A DNA stretch of 36,197 nucleotides from Desulfonatronaceae bacterium UBA663 (GTDB lineage: Bacteria > Desulfobacterota > Desulfovibrionia > Desulfovibrionales > Desulfonatronaceae), in NCBI GenBank assembly GCA_002299865.1, contig DBNV01000097.1, positions 1,456 through 37,652 on the forward strand, in the 5' to 3' direction. This document shows positions 36,028-36,197 of this stretch, piece after piece; within the stretch, counting starts at the first letter, position 1, and every line of letters starts with the position of its first letter. The translations under genes were made by a program, and so were the position numbers. The notes beneath the pieces are model-generated. The model saw only the letters and a list, made by a program, of their open reading frames with translations, did no database searches and was not told the origin of the DNA.

Positions 36028-36197
36028 GGAAAAGGACTCTTTAACCGAGGGTAATTATGAAAAATTTTATTCATTAACGCCATCACACATCCACATTCGG
36101 TCATGTTCACAGACCCTGACGCACCCGGCAAGTATCCGGTCCTGAAACTCGCTTGCGCGGACGTGAACATGAACGGGCCCGACCTGGTCCGACCAGG

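Noticed and set aside
36175-36197. Hairpin CCTGGTC-C-GACCAGG at the window edge as the terminator of the gene upstream of alaS
   Set aside because: It is cut off by the window end, so the full stem and tail cannot be evaluated.

Overview
The window looks like the chromosome of a sulfate-reducing deltaproteobacterium (Desulfovibrionales-like, inferred from the flanking genes). The left flank holds ahbD-ahbA (alternative heme synthesis), a GGDEF diguanylate cyclase and a GT4 glycosyltransferase. The right flank holds htpX, an RNase H-like exonuclease and alaS-ricT-metG. Between them (about 5.6-28.1 kb) lies a co-oriented, compositionally distinct ~22.5-kb Wood-Ljungdahl pathway cluster: fdhF-like, cooC, acsV/RACo, cooC/acsF, folD, a small unknown ORF, acsD, acsA/cooS, acsB, acsC, acsE and fhs, with no metF. 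The most unusual part is a four-gene HydABC/NuoEFG-like module inserted between acsD and the CO dehydrogenase. It comprises a NuoE-like subunit, a NuoF/HydB-like subunit with bifurcation-type features and a GEET->GEAT change predicted to favour NADP(H), a stand-alone duplicate of the HydB C-terminal Fe-S region, and a NuoG/FDH-like subunit that has lost the Mo/W catalytic residues and overlaps the CODH start. Intergenic gaps in and next to the island carry small mobile or repetitive DNA: a 490-bp inverted-repeat element, two related TACAGCGCA...TGCACTGTA elements, a GTAG-type REP palindrome and a 37-bp direct repeat. No tRNA, rRNA, CRISPR array or integrase was recognised.
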